Position numbers and translations under genes: made by a program
From: Octopus bimaculoides
Lineage: Eukaryota
Length of the DNA: 42,089 nucleotides
NCBI RefSeq assembly: GCF_001194135.2
Contig: NC_068982.1
Location: 73,717,803 to 73,759,891 of the forward strand
Direction: 5' to 3'
Shown here: positions 1 to 11,313 of the stretch, piece after piece
Numbering within the stretch: position 1 is the stretch's first letter
How the letters are laid out: each line of letters begins with the position of its first letter
The notes under the pieces: generated by a model
The model's database searches: none
Seen by the model: only the letters and a program-made list of their open reading frames with translations
What the model was told of the DNA's origin: nothing

Positions 1-32
<32 letters not shown>

Positions 33-190
33 GTACACACACATACATGCACACGCACACACAACCACACACACACGCACACACACATACACAAACACAC
101 ACGCACAGGCATACTATATATACGCATGCATGTAATATGTGTGCTTATACATGTGCGTGTGTGTGTGTGTGTGTCTTTGCGCGCGCGCGT
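1..190. repeat. (CA)n/(TG)n compound microsatellite
   Basis: Direct reading: CA runs followed by TG and GC runs. Confidence 0.95.
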
Positions 191-860
191 ATTGCAGATC
201 AACAGATGTATAGTAGCAAACATGCACGTACAAACACAAACACATATTTAGCGTGTGGGGCATTCAATAATCTGCTCTAAGCTAAGCACAGCATCAAGAT
301 TATTCTTAAAATAGAGCCCCAGTTCGTGGCTACAAAAATATCTCTCAATACCATATATAGTTCCAGAAGTAGGGCATAATGCTATAGTTTTAAACGCACG
401 CATACACCTACGCATGCGCGCACACACACACTCACACGCACGCACGCACAAATGCAGGCATACACATACACGCACACCTGCACACCCACATACACACACA
501 CGCCCACACAGACATGTACCGCCTTTCCATATATTTTATATTGGAGAGCATAAGGACTAAAATGTAATGGATATAGAAAATAATATACATGTCCAGATAA
601 GTACCACACACACACATACACTTATACATATAGTTAATATATCTTTTCCGGACACAAATTCAAGTTTTTAGTGTGCGTATCTTTAAAATTATTCCTGTGA
701 TGCTTTCATCAGCGGACGATAAAATGAAGAAGCGTTTGCAGAAATGTACTACTTATATATATCAACGGAAATATGTATGTATATGTACACACATGTGTAT
801 CATGGGTGCCTGTGTACGGATGTATATATCCATGTATGTATGTGAGTATGTATATAAAAA

Positions 861-1074
861 GAGGTGCCGAAAAGCTCCTGGTTCTAAGTGTGTCGCGAAA
901 GACCTAGTTGGAGGCCCAACCTTTCGCGTTCTTTTACAGAGCTTGGAAAAACTGAAGTGCCACTGCAATAAGTGTGTGAATCTGATAGGGAAATATGTTG
1001 GATAAAGTCTTAATCGACTGATCCTCTTGCAGTTTCTTTTACCCAAAGCCAGGAACTTTTCAGCACCTCACTCG
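861..1074 (+). mobile_element. Mariner-derived MITE (about 210 bp)
   Basis: Left GAGGTGCCGAAAAGCTCCTGGTT (861-883) versus reverse complement of right end GAGGTGCTGAAAAGTTCCTGGCT (1047-1069). Right end finishes CTCG+TA. Interior encodes a mariner-like C-terminus LEKLKCHCNKCVNLIGKYVG* (stop 1003-1005). Confidence 0.8.
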
Positions 1075-1117
1075 TATATATATACTTCACACAGCATCTG
1101 TGAAATATACAAATTTA

Positions 1118-1250
1118 CAGTCTACCAGATCCATTCACAAGGCTTTGGTCGCCACGGCGCTATGGTAGAAGACTCTTGTCCAAGATGCACAAAGTGTTAC
1201 TGAATTCGAGTGGTTGGAAAGCAAAATTTTTACCACAAAACCATGCCTGC
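1118..1250 (-). mobile_element. SINE family A, degenerate 5' half with tRNA-like head
   Basis: Aligns by eye to the head of the copy at 15240-15373 (GTCTACCAxATCCAxTCACAA..CTTTGGTC). Confidence 0.75.
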
Positions 1251-1529
1251 ATGTAAATGAAATGCAAATTTTGAAATTGTACTTCATTTCTGAAACTCCG
1301 ATGAAGTTATAGAGGTATACACAAACACTCAACTATGAGTGCATTGCAACTTATAGCAGAAACAGCTATAAGCTAATGAAGTTCATGACAATTTTTTCCC
1401 CTTGTCATATATTTAATTTCTTAATAATGCGCTGTCTTCAACTGGCGCTTTTTTCTGAAGTATACTTATGTTGAGTTCTAACACGAAGTTATTAGAATTG
1501 CTATGCCAAAGTATAATAATAATAAATCA

Positions 1530-1980
1530 GGCTTGTGTAGGATGAAAGATTGCAAAGATAAAGCACTATACAATAAATTGAAAACGAATGAAACTGAAAA
1601 TAGATGGGTAAAGAAAAGAATGCATGGTCAATTTCATAGGGATGTTGAAAATAAGACAGACAGAAAAAAAAGATGGTTGTGGATGACTAAAAGTGATATA
1701 AAACCGGAAACGGATGCTCTAATCTGTGCTGCTCAAGAGCAAACACTAAGAACAAACTACATAAAATACAGAGTAAACAACACATCAGAATTTATGGACA
1801 AAATGGTGAAACCGTATGACATATTACCAGGCAATGTATGCCACTAGCCCAGAAGGAATATTAGAGACGCCACGACAATATAACCAGACTTGTCCATTGG
1901 ACACTCTGCAACAAGTATGGACTTGAGAGAGCAAAAAATTGGTACGACCACAAACCTGAAGGCATCGTCGAAAGTAAAAG
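1530..1980 (+). pseudogene. Non-LTR retrotransposon fragment, R4/Dong-like (RLE type), post-RT/CCHC region
   Basis: KRMHGQF..W.WMTKSDIKPETDALICAAQEQTLRTNYIK, then frameshifted ETV*HITRQCMPLAQKEY*RRHDNITRLVHWTLCNKYGLERAKNWYDHKPEGIVES. These motifs are characteristic of the region before the REL endonuclease in R4/Dong-like elements. Stops and a frameshift are present. Confidence 0.85.
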
Positions 1981-2860
1981 AAGAAGAATATGTATGCATA
2001 TATATATATATGTATGCATATATATATATGTATGCATATATATATGTATGTATATTATAGTCAATAGATGAGATCCAGAAATCCAGTATAGTAGACAGTA
2101 GCACCCAAGTGATTCAAACTAAGACTCCGATGTCTTTACAGGGGACCAATTCTTTCTCTCCTTTAATCTTCTCTGCCGTTTGTACTCTGAGTAAGTTGGA
2201 TCTGTTAATATAAATATATATATACTATATTCAATTATTCATCATCTGAAAGTCTCCACTCTTTGCTTTCTCTCATATACATACATATTTTGGATTTCAT
2301 ACCCAAGGTGTTATATTTAATATACGTAATTTGTTTATCCGCATAATTGCAATGTATGCATATTACGTGTGTGTTTGTGTGTGTGTGTTTGTGTGTGTGT
2401 GNNNNNNNNNNNNNNNNNNNNNNNNNNNNNNNNNNNNNNNNNNNNNNNNNNNNNNNNNNNNNNNNNNNNNNNNNNNNNNNNNNNNNNNNNNNNNNNNNNN
2501 NNNNNNNNNNNNNNNNNNNNNNNNNNNNNNNNNNNNNNNNNNNNNNNNNNNNNNNNNNNNNNNNNNNNNNNNNNNNNNNNNNNNNNNNNNNNNNNNNNNN
2601 NNNNNNNNNNNNNNNNNNNNNNNNNNNNNNNNNNNNNNNNNNNNNNNNNNNNNNNNNNNNNNNNNNNNNNNNNNNNNNNNNNNNNNNNNNNNNNNNNNNN
2701 NNNNNNNNNNNNNNNNNNNNNNNNNNNNNNNNNNNNNNNNNNNNNNNNNNNNNNNNNNNNNNNNNNNNNNNNNNNNNNNNNNNNNNNNNNNNNNNNNNNN
2801 NNNNNNNNNNNNNNNNNNNNNNNNNNNNNNNNNNNNNNNNNNNNNNNNNNATATATATAT

Positions 2861-3068
2861 ATTTGTGTGTCTGTGTTTGTCCCCCACCATCACTTGACGA
2901 CCGATGTTGGTGTGTTTACGTCCCCGTAACTTAGCGGTTCGGCAAAAATGTCCGATGGAATAAGTACAAGGCTTACAAAGAATAAGTCCTGGGATTGATT
3001 TGTTCGACTAAAGGCAGTGCTCCAGCACGGTCGCAGTCAAATGACTGAAACCAATAAAAGAATAAAAT
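2861..3068 (+). mobile_element. SINE family A, 3' half (head in gap or absent)
   Basis: GTCCCCGTAACTTAGCGGTTCGGCAAAA...GCAGTCAAATGACTGAAAC plus an AAAAGAATAAAA tail; near-identical to 37040-37230. Confidence 0.9.
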
Positions 3069-3780
3069 AAATATAATTAAGATTCAGTTGAATTAGATAC
3101 TTAAATTGAGGCACCTTGTTCGGTCGGAATAATATATACACACAACACAACAATATTATATGAATATCAAACTTGGTACATAAGTACCGGCCGAATGATA
3201 TTCTTGCAATGTATATAGACAATTAGACCCAGCTGAGCGAAGAAATCCGCTCTTGAGTTATTCAGACATGTACATTATATTAAATATACGATCCATGATA
3301 TTTACGAAGAGCAGATTCCGAGACAGGTGAATAAAATATAAATGAGTAACTGTAGAGATACAGGTGCCAATCAATTTCGGCTGTCTCTAACGACTCCTTT
3401 ATTTGATTAATGAAAACATTACATCATTGTAAAGAAACCGTTTTCGTCAGATGAATTCATGAACTTCAAAATAAAGAACATTCGAAATGATTTAACATAG
3501 TTCAAAATCCACGGTGCAAAAATATTTACAGTGATTCTGTTACTATTTCAGTTGACAGAATGGATTTACCAGAATAGCGTGTATTTGATCAAAACACACA
3601 CACACACACGCACACACACGCAAATTAAGTGAACTGTGATATATCATCCAGGCGTGTACCTTGTGCAGCACTACTACTAACAGTGGACATCTAAAAATTG
3701 AAAAGGTGAAAGCTTCGTTAAGACGCTACTACTCTAATAATCTGAAAATCCACTGAACAAAGAGTATATATAATAAAACA

Positions 3781-4045
3781 CATCGATGAATGGAAACAGT
3801 AAATTCCTTTTTACTATATTGTTTACAATTGTTTCATTTATTTCCGTCAAAACCAACCTTGCGTCATGATGTTAGCGTGTCTATAGATTCTGATGAGTAA
3901 ATTCTGCCATGAGTTGTACATGGTAATAAATCAATATTTGTTGACTTGTTAACAACATGACACATGATTGGCCACAATATAAATTGATAAAACAATTGTA
4001 AACAATGTAGTAAAAGGAAATTACTAACTCCATTTCTCGATATGT
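3781..4045. repeat. Inverted repeat, about 55-bp arms (3781-3834 / 3990-4045)
   Basis: TCCTTTTTACTATATTGTTTACAATTGTTT pairs with AAACAATTGTAAACAATGTAGTAAAAGGA, with a degenerate outward extension. Confidence 0.8.
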
Positions 4046-4059
4046 TTTTATTATATATA

Positions 4060-5531
4060 TTAGCAAATCTACCCAACTACGATGGGGGGCATAAAATGTG
4101 GGAGGGAAGTCATAACAGCAGTATGTATTGAGAAATGTGTAAATGAACTTGATAGATTACTGGGTGATGTCTTAGAGAAATCACATTATCGTTGGTGATA
4201 CAGCATTCTATTGTAGCTATATGACATGTGTTTGCGATTAAGTGACATGTGATGGATGACGATTCATTCCCGAACTGAAATAGGCTCCCAGCCTCTGTAT
4301 CATGAATGGTTATGAGGACTACTCCTAACGAAAGCCAGAGCTTCCATCGACCACTACATAAAAAGTATTAAGAAAAGAATGTTATTTAGATATACTTTAA
4401 TTTTAGTTGTTTACACTATTTTACGCTTGTTTATACTCTTATACATCCAAAGTTCACAAATTTCCTTATTTAAATTATGAATCATATTCCTTTCTATAAT
4501 ATCAATATGATAACAAAATTTCTTTGTAGACAATATTTTCTGTTTGGTCGACACTAATTTTCAAATTACTGGAGTCCGTTGCTCTACTCATAGTGACGTA
4601 TAACTGGCCGTGTGTAAACATCAGAGTGAGTAAAAGTACACTTACACGATCTAAAGTCTGGCCCTGTGTCTTGTTTGATGTGAATACGCGAGCGGAATCT
4701 TTAAGGTTGCAAAAAATCAAACTAAGACTTACTTCTCACTGTTTTAGTCGAATAATGTCTGGATTTTCTGATACCATGAATTATTTTGATTGACAAAACC
4801 GAGATGTAAACAACAGCCGCTTCGATTAGCTGTTTCGAATCCTGCTCAAGACTGACACACTTCAAGACCACTAAATAATCACACACACTATATACTGACA
4901 CACTTTTGTCTATTTTATTTTCGCTATTAAGCGTCCTCGCAACCCCCTTCGTATCTACGATGGGGCCATGAACTAAAAATCTAGAGTTACTTGTGGTCGG
5001 TGAATTTTTAATAAAAATGCGAAGGTGGTTTATCAATTCAAAAATCAATATCCACGAAATATTCATACTTTCTGAACTTTTAATGCTAAAAAATCTTTCT
5101 GACGACCGAAAAATATCGTAAGCGTTGGTCCAACCGTCTGGCCGTGAAGAGGGAACAGACAAAGAGACGGACAGACGGACATAACACCCATCATTGTAAG
5201 AAGTAAATCTGCCCACCTACGATGGGAAATAAAAGGATAATATTGCAAATCTAAACCCTCTAAATTCACGAACTCCACGGGGATGGGGATCCAGAGTAAA
5301 TCCTCGTCGGCGGAATTTTAACGAAAAAAAAATCAAAAGTGATTTATTAATACAAAACTTAATATCCATTAAATAATCATAATTTTCACATTTTTTTTTT
5401 TTTGCTATTAATAAAAACCTTCCTGACTACCTCCTTCGTAATCACGAAAAACACCGTGGCCATTGGTCGAGTCGTTTGACCGTGAAGTGGGAACAGACTG
5501 ACAGACGGACATAACGCCAATTATAGTAAGA
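4060..5531 (-). mobile_element. Helitron, internally deleted, composite of two units
   Basis: Minus strand: host A (5532) | TCTTACTATAATTGG 5' end. 3' end is a CCCA..TGGG hairpin 8 nt before CTAA (4063-4060) | T. This fits the A|TC...CTRR|T rule. Helicase remnant is in the same orientation. Confidence 0.8.
4502..4850 (-). pseudogene. Helitron Pif1-like helicase C-terminal fragment
   Basis: FTSNKTQGQTLDRV..L..MFTHGQLYVTMSRATDSSNLKI...TENIVYKEIL matches Helitron helicase motifs V/VI and the NIVYKE C-terminus. Confidence 0.9.
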
Positions 5532-5589
5532 TACACACATACACACACACCGTCTCTGTTCACTCAGTTAATCAAACTCTATCTCTGTT

Positions 5590-5628
5590 TCTACACCATC
5601 ACTCACACACACACACACACACACACAG

Positions 5629-5660
<32 letters not shown>
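5590..5660. repeat. (CA)n(CT)n microsatellite
   Basis: Direct reading. Confidence 0.95.
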
Positions 5661-5684
<24 letters not shown>

Positions 5685-5989
5685 CCTCTCTTTCCCCTCT
5701 GTTCTCCTCTAGCCTTCACTATCTGTACCTCACAGTGCTTTACTTATGCCTCTTCTTCTCTACCTACCACGCATATATATATCTCTTTTATCCTTCTCTA
5801 TTTCCGCCTCCCTCTGCTTCAGATTATTACAGCGTCTTCATCTTTTACTTCTACTTTTTCTCTCTCCTCCCCTTCCCCTCCCCTCTCTCCCACATGTCAC
5901 CTTTTACTGTATACACACGAGTCACGCTCTTCATTGACTAGCATTTTCCCACACCCACATGCATTTATTTCCTGTTGAACCACAACTCT

Positions 5990-6050
5990 CACCACGTCAC
6001 AGCCGCCATCAAGGGCTGCCGGTGTTGTCGATCTCGACATTATCGCTATC

Positions 6051-6100
<50 letters not shown>

Positions 6101-6381
6101 TATCATTATCATCATCATCATTATAATCTTCTCCTCCTGCTCCTCATTATCATCATCATTATCATCATCATCATCATCAACAACAGCAACAGCAGCAACA
6201 TTACCATCACCGGCATCATCACGACACTCGTCATAGTCGCCGCCATCAACATCATTATCATCATAATCACCGCAATTTCCATCACTGTCGACCTCGTCCT
6301 CGGCTTCATCATCGCCACCATCATCACCATCACCAGAACCACCACCATCACCGCCACTATCACTGCCACTATCATCACCAC

Positions 6382-6419
<38 letters not shown>

Positions 6420-6430
6420 CGATCATTATT
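5990..6430. repeat. Degenerate (CAT)n/(CAC)n trinucleotide tract
   Basis: Direct reading; explains the poly-H/I/D/M ORFs in the track. Confidence 0.95.
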
Positions 6431-8599
6431 TTGTTGTTGTCGGTACAATATCACCGTCATCAGAACTCTTTCAATGTGTCACAGAAGAGAATGAATAACT
6501 GAGAGGAGCGAGTGGTGTAAGAAGGGGGGAGGTGAAGGTGAGGTANNNNNNNNNNNNNNNNNNNNNNNNNNNNNNNNNNNNNNNNNNNNNNNNNNNNNNN
6601 NNNNNNNNNNNNNNNNNNNNNNNNNNNNNNNNNNNNNNNNNNNNNNNNNNNNNNNNNNNNNNNNNNNNNNNNNNNNNNNNNNNNNNNNNNNNNNNNNNNN
6701 NNNNNNNNNNNNNNNNNNNNNNNNNNNNNNNNNNNNNNNNNNNNNNNNNNNNNNNNNNNNNNNNNNNNNNNNNNNNNNNNNNNNNNNNNNNNNNNNNNNN
6801 NNNNNNNNNNNNNNNNNNNNNNNNNNNNNNNNNNNNNNNNNNNNNNNNNNNNNNNNNNNNNNNNNNNNNNNNNNNNNNNNNNNNNNNNNNNNNNNNNNNN
6901 NNNNNNNNNNNNNNNNNNNNNNNNNNNNNNNNNNNNNNNNNNNNNNNNNNNNNNNNNNNNNNNNNNNNNNNNNNNNNNNNNNNNNNNNNNNNNNNNNNNN
7001 NNNNNNNNNNNNNNNNNNNNNNNNNNNNNNNNNNNNNNNNNNNNNNNNNNNNNNNNNNNNNNNNNNNNNNNNNNNNNNNNNNNNNNNNNNNNNNNNNNNN
7101 NNNNNNNNNNNNAGGAACTGGAATACATATGATTCGAATTTCATCAAAATTGCACATGAGGGTTCTTTCCCTCTTTACACACCCTAAAAAATTCTAATCA
7201 TGAGACATGTATCCCATACTATTGATCTTTATGCGCATATTCCAAAATTTCAGTCTTCCGGAACCTGTAAAAAGGATTTTGCTCCTGAAAAATGGAGCTC
7301 ATGGAGCTCTAAAATGTGGGAATGAAGGCCCCTATTGGGTGTGGGTGTGTTAATGTCAACCAGAGAAGTTGAATTGTTGGGAATCATTTTAACTTGGGTC
7401 TAATATGTATTGTTTGAATTTCTTTGAAATAGGAAATATATGTTCACTGAGTTTCTAAAAGAGAGCAAAGCTACAGGAAATCAAAAGACGAATGATCACG
7501 ATAATCAGTCAGCTACCCTGGTCTAGTCGTTACTACTCCCAAATGTAGGATTCCTCACCATACAGGTGACAGGCACAGCAGTAAGATGCATTACGGATCT
7601 ATGGCAATTGGAAGGGCATGACCCAATTGAAATAACAACGTGTGACGTTTGGAGTAAAGGGAAATGAAAGTGTCGCCTCTGGAGTTTGCAAATGACCATT
7701 ATATCGATAGGTAACTGGGCAGAAAAAATTTACAATCAATAAATGTCTTAGAACAACCAGTCACTCATCTAGGAAGGGCTTGAAATCAATGTTACCAACT
7801 GGGGATTATATGTGACCCAGTGATAATAAAAAGGCTGAAAGGAGGTCTGCAACGAAATAATTTTACTCAACACTTTGCAAGTGAATCAGTGGAGGCAAAG
7901 ATGCGTTTTATTTACTTGACAATTTATGCGCCACATTGCAGAAATCACAATGTAAGTATATATGAAAGGATAGTCTTACACTGTTGTACCGTTGAATTAC
8001 AAATAATGCTCATCTGTTATGTTCGGGTGACCCTATAGCTTCCAATGGTACAACTGTATTCGTCTTTGCTTAGGAAAAATGACTAAATTGTGGGTGTGAA
8101 GTCACCATGAAGGGGTCTTTGTAACTTCTAAGAAGAAGAAATTTTAGAAATATTACTCTATTTGTGTGTAATATGTATGGTCAAAATTTCATCAACATCA
8201 AAAATATATGAATTTTCATGGGGGTTATGGCCGTTATGCATAGAATATAATTTCCAAATTCATAAAGATCCATTCAGTACTTTTGACGTAGTTTTGGATA
8301 AAAAAAAACAAATGACTAATGTGAGTGTTTGTGTGCATGTATATGTGTGTGTATGGGTGTATATATGTATAGATATCTGTATGTATGTATATATGTGTAT
8401 ATATGTGTAGATGAGAGTATAGTTTCACTGTAGTAGATACAGTATGAAAATGAAACCATTAAAGTGAAAGTATCTGTCATTACAGTATCGAAATGTGATT
8501 GTTTCAGTTTTGATACTAAAATGGAATAGTTTCATTTTTAAAGTGAAAATATTTGATGTGAGTGTTTTTGTTTCACTTTTGACACATAATACTTAAATA

Positions 8600-8845
8600 G
8601 TAGAGGAGATATGATGATGCTGTGGGCTGGAACTATGCAAGAAGTTAAAAATTTATTTTGATTAAAACAGAACCGGGACCCTAAATAAGGCATGTGTAAA
8701 ATTTGAATGAAATTGGTTGTGTACTTCTCGAGTTTTAGGGATTCACACAGACACAGACAGACAGACAGACAGATAGACAGACAGACAGACAGACAAACAA
8801 ACAGACACACACACACACACCCATTCTCATTTATATATATATATA
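8600..8845 (-). mobile_element. Short non-autonomous Helitron-like element
   Basis: Minus strand starts TATATATATAAATGAGAATG, then a (TGTC)n tract, then ACAACCAATTTCATTCAAATTTTACACATG, the usual layout of non-autonomous Helitron-like repeats. 3' end is degenerate. Confidence 0.5.
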
Positions 8846-9169
8846 CACACACACACATGAAAAATTACGATTTGTATATCAGAACTAGTATGCTAGTAGA
8901 TAATATAGTAGCAGCTAAAACACTGTACGGGAAGCAGACTGGATGATGATAATGTACATCGAGCTCTAAATCAGTGGTTCTTAACCATTTTACTACCACG
9001 CCTCCCCTAAGAATTTGTCCTTTTCTCTACGCCCACCTCTTGCATCTATGAATAAAATTCCCGCCCAGGTTTTAAATAAAATCTAAAATATGTTTTTAGT
9101 CTTTTTTTATTGAATATGACTTAGTTACATTATACAAAATATGTATAATTTTATTTATAATCACATCAT

Positions 9170-10960
9170 ACAAAAAGTGAGATACTTGACACTACCTCTT
9201 AGCTACAAGATCTTGAATGCTAGAGAGTGTACCACATAAGTACCTTTCAATGTTCAGCCTGTTTCTGTACTTGGTCTTGACAGCAACAAGCATGGAATAT
9301 GCAGCTTCACAAAGATACGTGAATCCAAACATAGCTAAAATCCGAATAGCCTGATGTGAGATCAGAGGCTAAACAGAAGGATACTTGATCCAGAACGTTT
9401 CAAGATCTAGTTCTTTGAAGTCTTCTTTACCTGGGAAGTTGAAGTTCAGCTCAAGAAACTCCTCTTGCACTTCATCCAAAAATCAGTCACTTCACATTGA
9501 AATGGGTTCCTGATGAATTTACAAGCTTTCAAGTCAGATGAGTGATTATTATTTGCATTAACTCAGAATCAAAGTTAGCGAGAGCAGAATCCAAGTAAAT
9601 AAAACTAGCTGTATTTCCCTACTGAATTCAACATACTAGAGGTCGAGTTTGGCCATGAAGGTTCGAATGGTGTCGTGGTGCGTGAGAATGTTGACCCTTG
9701 TAGTTTAAGGTCGAGAGCATTCAACGCTTCGAAGACGTCCACCAGGTAAGCTAGAGATAGCTGAAAGCCTTCAGACTGGAACTTGTCATGGAGATCTGCT
9801 TTCTGCTGCAAATCTAGAAATATTGCTACTTCTCGTAGTTCATAAAGCCGTCCAGGCATGTTCCCTTTTGATAGTCATCGTACGTTCGTGTGAAAAAGCA
9901 ATGCTTCGTGTTCAGATTCTATATCTTTACACAACAGTTTGAAAAGACGACTGTTTAAGGCTCCACCTTTAACAAAGTTGACAACCATGATTGCCACGTT
10001 CAGGACATTTCTCATTTCAGTAGGTAAGGCTTCAAGATGAAGTATGCAGTGTGTACCTACAATAGATGGATTTTTTTCTTTCACCCTAGTAATGAGTACA
10101 GACTGCAAACCAAGCATGGCTGGAGCTCCATAAGTGCATACCCCTACCAGCGAACCGCACGGAAGTTGGTTTTCCTGAAAGAAGTTTGATACATCACAAA
10201 AAATAGCTGCTGCTGTTATCCAAATGTTAAACTAAAATTCAGATTTAAAAAGTACAAAAAGTACTAGATAAAACTAAAAGATATTCAAAATCTTTCCTTT
10301 TTTAAAAAAAAAAAGACTTATATTTTCGTACAAATAAATACAATATTTTATTGTACAACATTTCCTCTTTGACACAGTTGCCTAACACACAACGAGCATA
10401 TACCAGTAGCTGAGAACACAAAGCGATGTCAGTCGTTTCGTCACACTGGATGGCAAAAACAGGCGAATCTCGTACTTGGTCGAAAATTTGACCTTTGATG
10501 TCTTGAGACAAGTCGTCGATCCTTCCTTCCCTTGACTGTATTATTTGATAGTGAAATCTGGGAAAGCTCGTTTGCACTATCTTTCCCCAGAACGAGTTCT
10601 GCTGCACGGGGAAGTCTTGGTTTTATGAGAGACTCTCCAATGTTATGGCTCTTCTTGCTCTTTGGCGATCTCATAGGAAGCCTCAACAGCCATTGAAGTT
10701 TGTTGCCGAAATGCCCCACTACCGTCCAAAATAGCTTGCTTCAAGGAATGTCTTTTTGTTTCAAAGAATGACTTGGGCTTGTCTGCAAGAGCAGGATGTG
10801 TTGTCCTCAAGTGGCGTTCCAAGTGTGAGAGACGCTTTCCATCATTGCTCAAAGTTTTCTAACATATCACACACTGGGGGACTTCTGTATCACCCTTCTG
10901 GAGCGACACGAATTCAAATCGAATATATTCGTTAAGATAATTCCGTTTCTTTGCACTCAT
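9170..10960 (-). pseudogene. hAT Buster/Charlie-type (ZBED8/FAM200-like) transposase, disrupted
   Basis: ATG at 10960: MSAKKRNY..PQCVIC*KTLSND..LERHLRTTH (BED finger); KSHNIGESLIKP; LSNNTV.RIDDLSQDI; FAIQCDETTD; GAPAMLG; HCILHLEAL; LLFHTNVRW-like; LAYLVDVF..LN.L.LKLQG; YLCEAAYS..KTKYRNRL. Many stops and frameshifts. Confidence 0.92.
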
Positions 10961-11094
10961 GTGAACTATTTGATATGCAGTGGACAACACAAATATGTGA
11001 ACCAAAGATAAGGCACGTGTAAGGTAATGTCAAGGCCCAAGTTAGAACGCTTGGAGTAAAAATTTCTGAAAAAAAATTAAAACAAAAAAATTTA

Positions 11095-11313
11095 GAATAA
11101 AAGTTAAATTAAAAGAAAAGTTACTCAAAAAATTTGTACAATAAAATATTGTATTTATTTGTACGAAAATATTTTTAAAAAATGTTTTTTTTAAAAAAGG
11201 AAAGATTTTGCTTAGCTTTTAGTTTTACCTAGTACTTTTTGTAATTCTTAAATCTGAATTTTAGTTTAACATTTGGCTTTATATTATAATTTTTTTGCGT
11301 ACAAAAAAATTTA
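11095..11313 (+). mobile_element. AT-rich insertion of about 206 bp with an apparent 13-bp TSD
   Basis: ACAAAAAAATTTA at 11082-11094 and 11301-11313. The sequence after the gap (11325-11416) repeats the upstream 92 bp without the insert. The interior is an inverted homolog of 10222-10357. Confidence 0.55.

Noticed and set aside
248-499. Minus-strand ORF with a complex C-terminal half (FKTIALCPTSG...IIECPTR)
   Set aside because: Starts in a microsatellite, has no good acceptor and no recognised domain.
2142-2190. AG...GT exon candidates at 2142-2190 (+), 3660-3705 (both strands), near 15470 (-) and 29997-30050 (+)
   Set aside because: Weak splice sites, in-frame stops or pyrimidine-rich interiors; the frequency expected by chance.
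3225-3335. Short inverted repeat AATCCGCTCTT/AAGAGCAGATT as a paired hammerhead relic
   Set aside because: Too many core changes needed to call it a ribozyme.
7440-7670. Short plus-strand ORF (MITIISQLPWSSRYYSP...WSKGK)
   Set aside because: Under 70 codons, no recognised homology, no convincing splice sites.
10222-10357. Spliceosomal intron in the hAT transposase
   Set aside because: A GT follows EML, but none of the nearby AG acceptors restores the TAAAIF frame.
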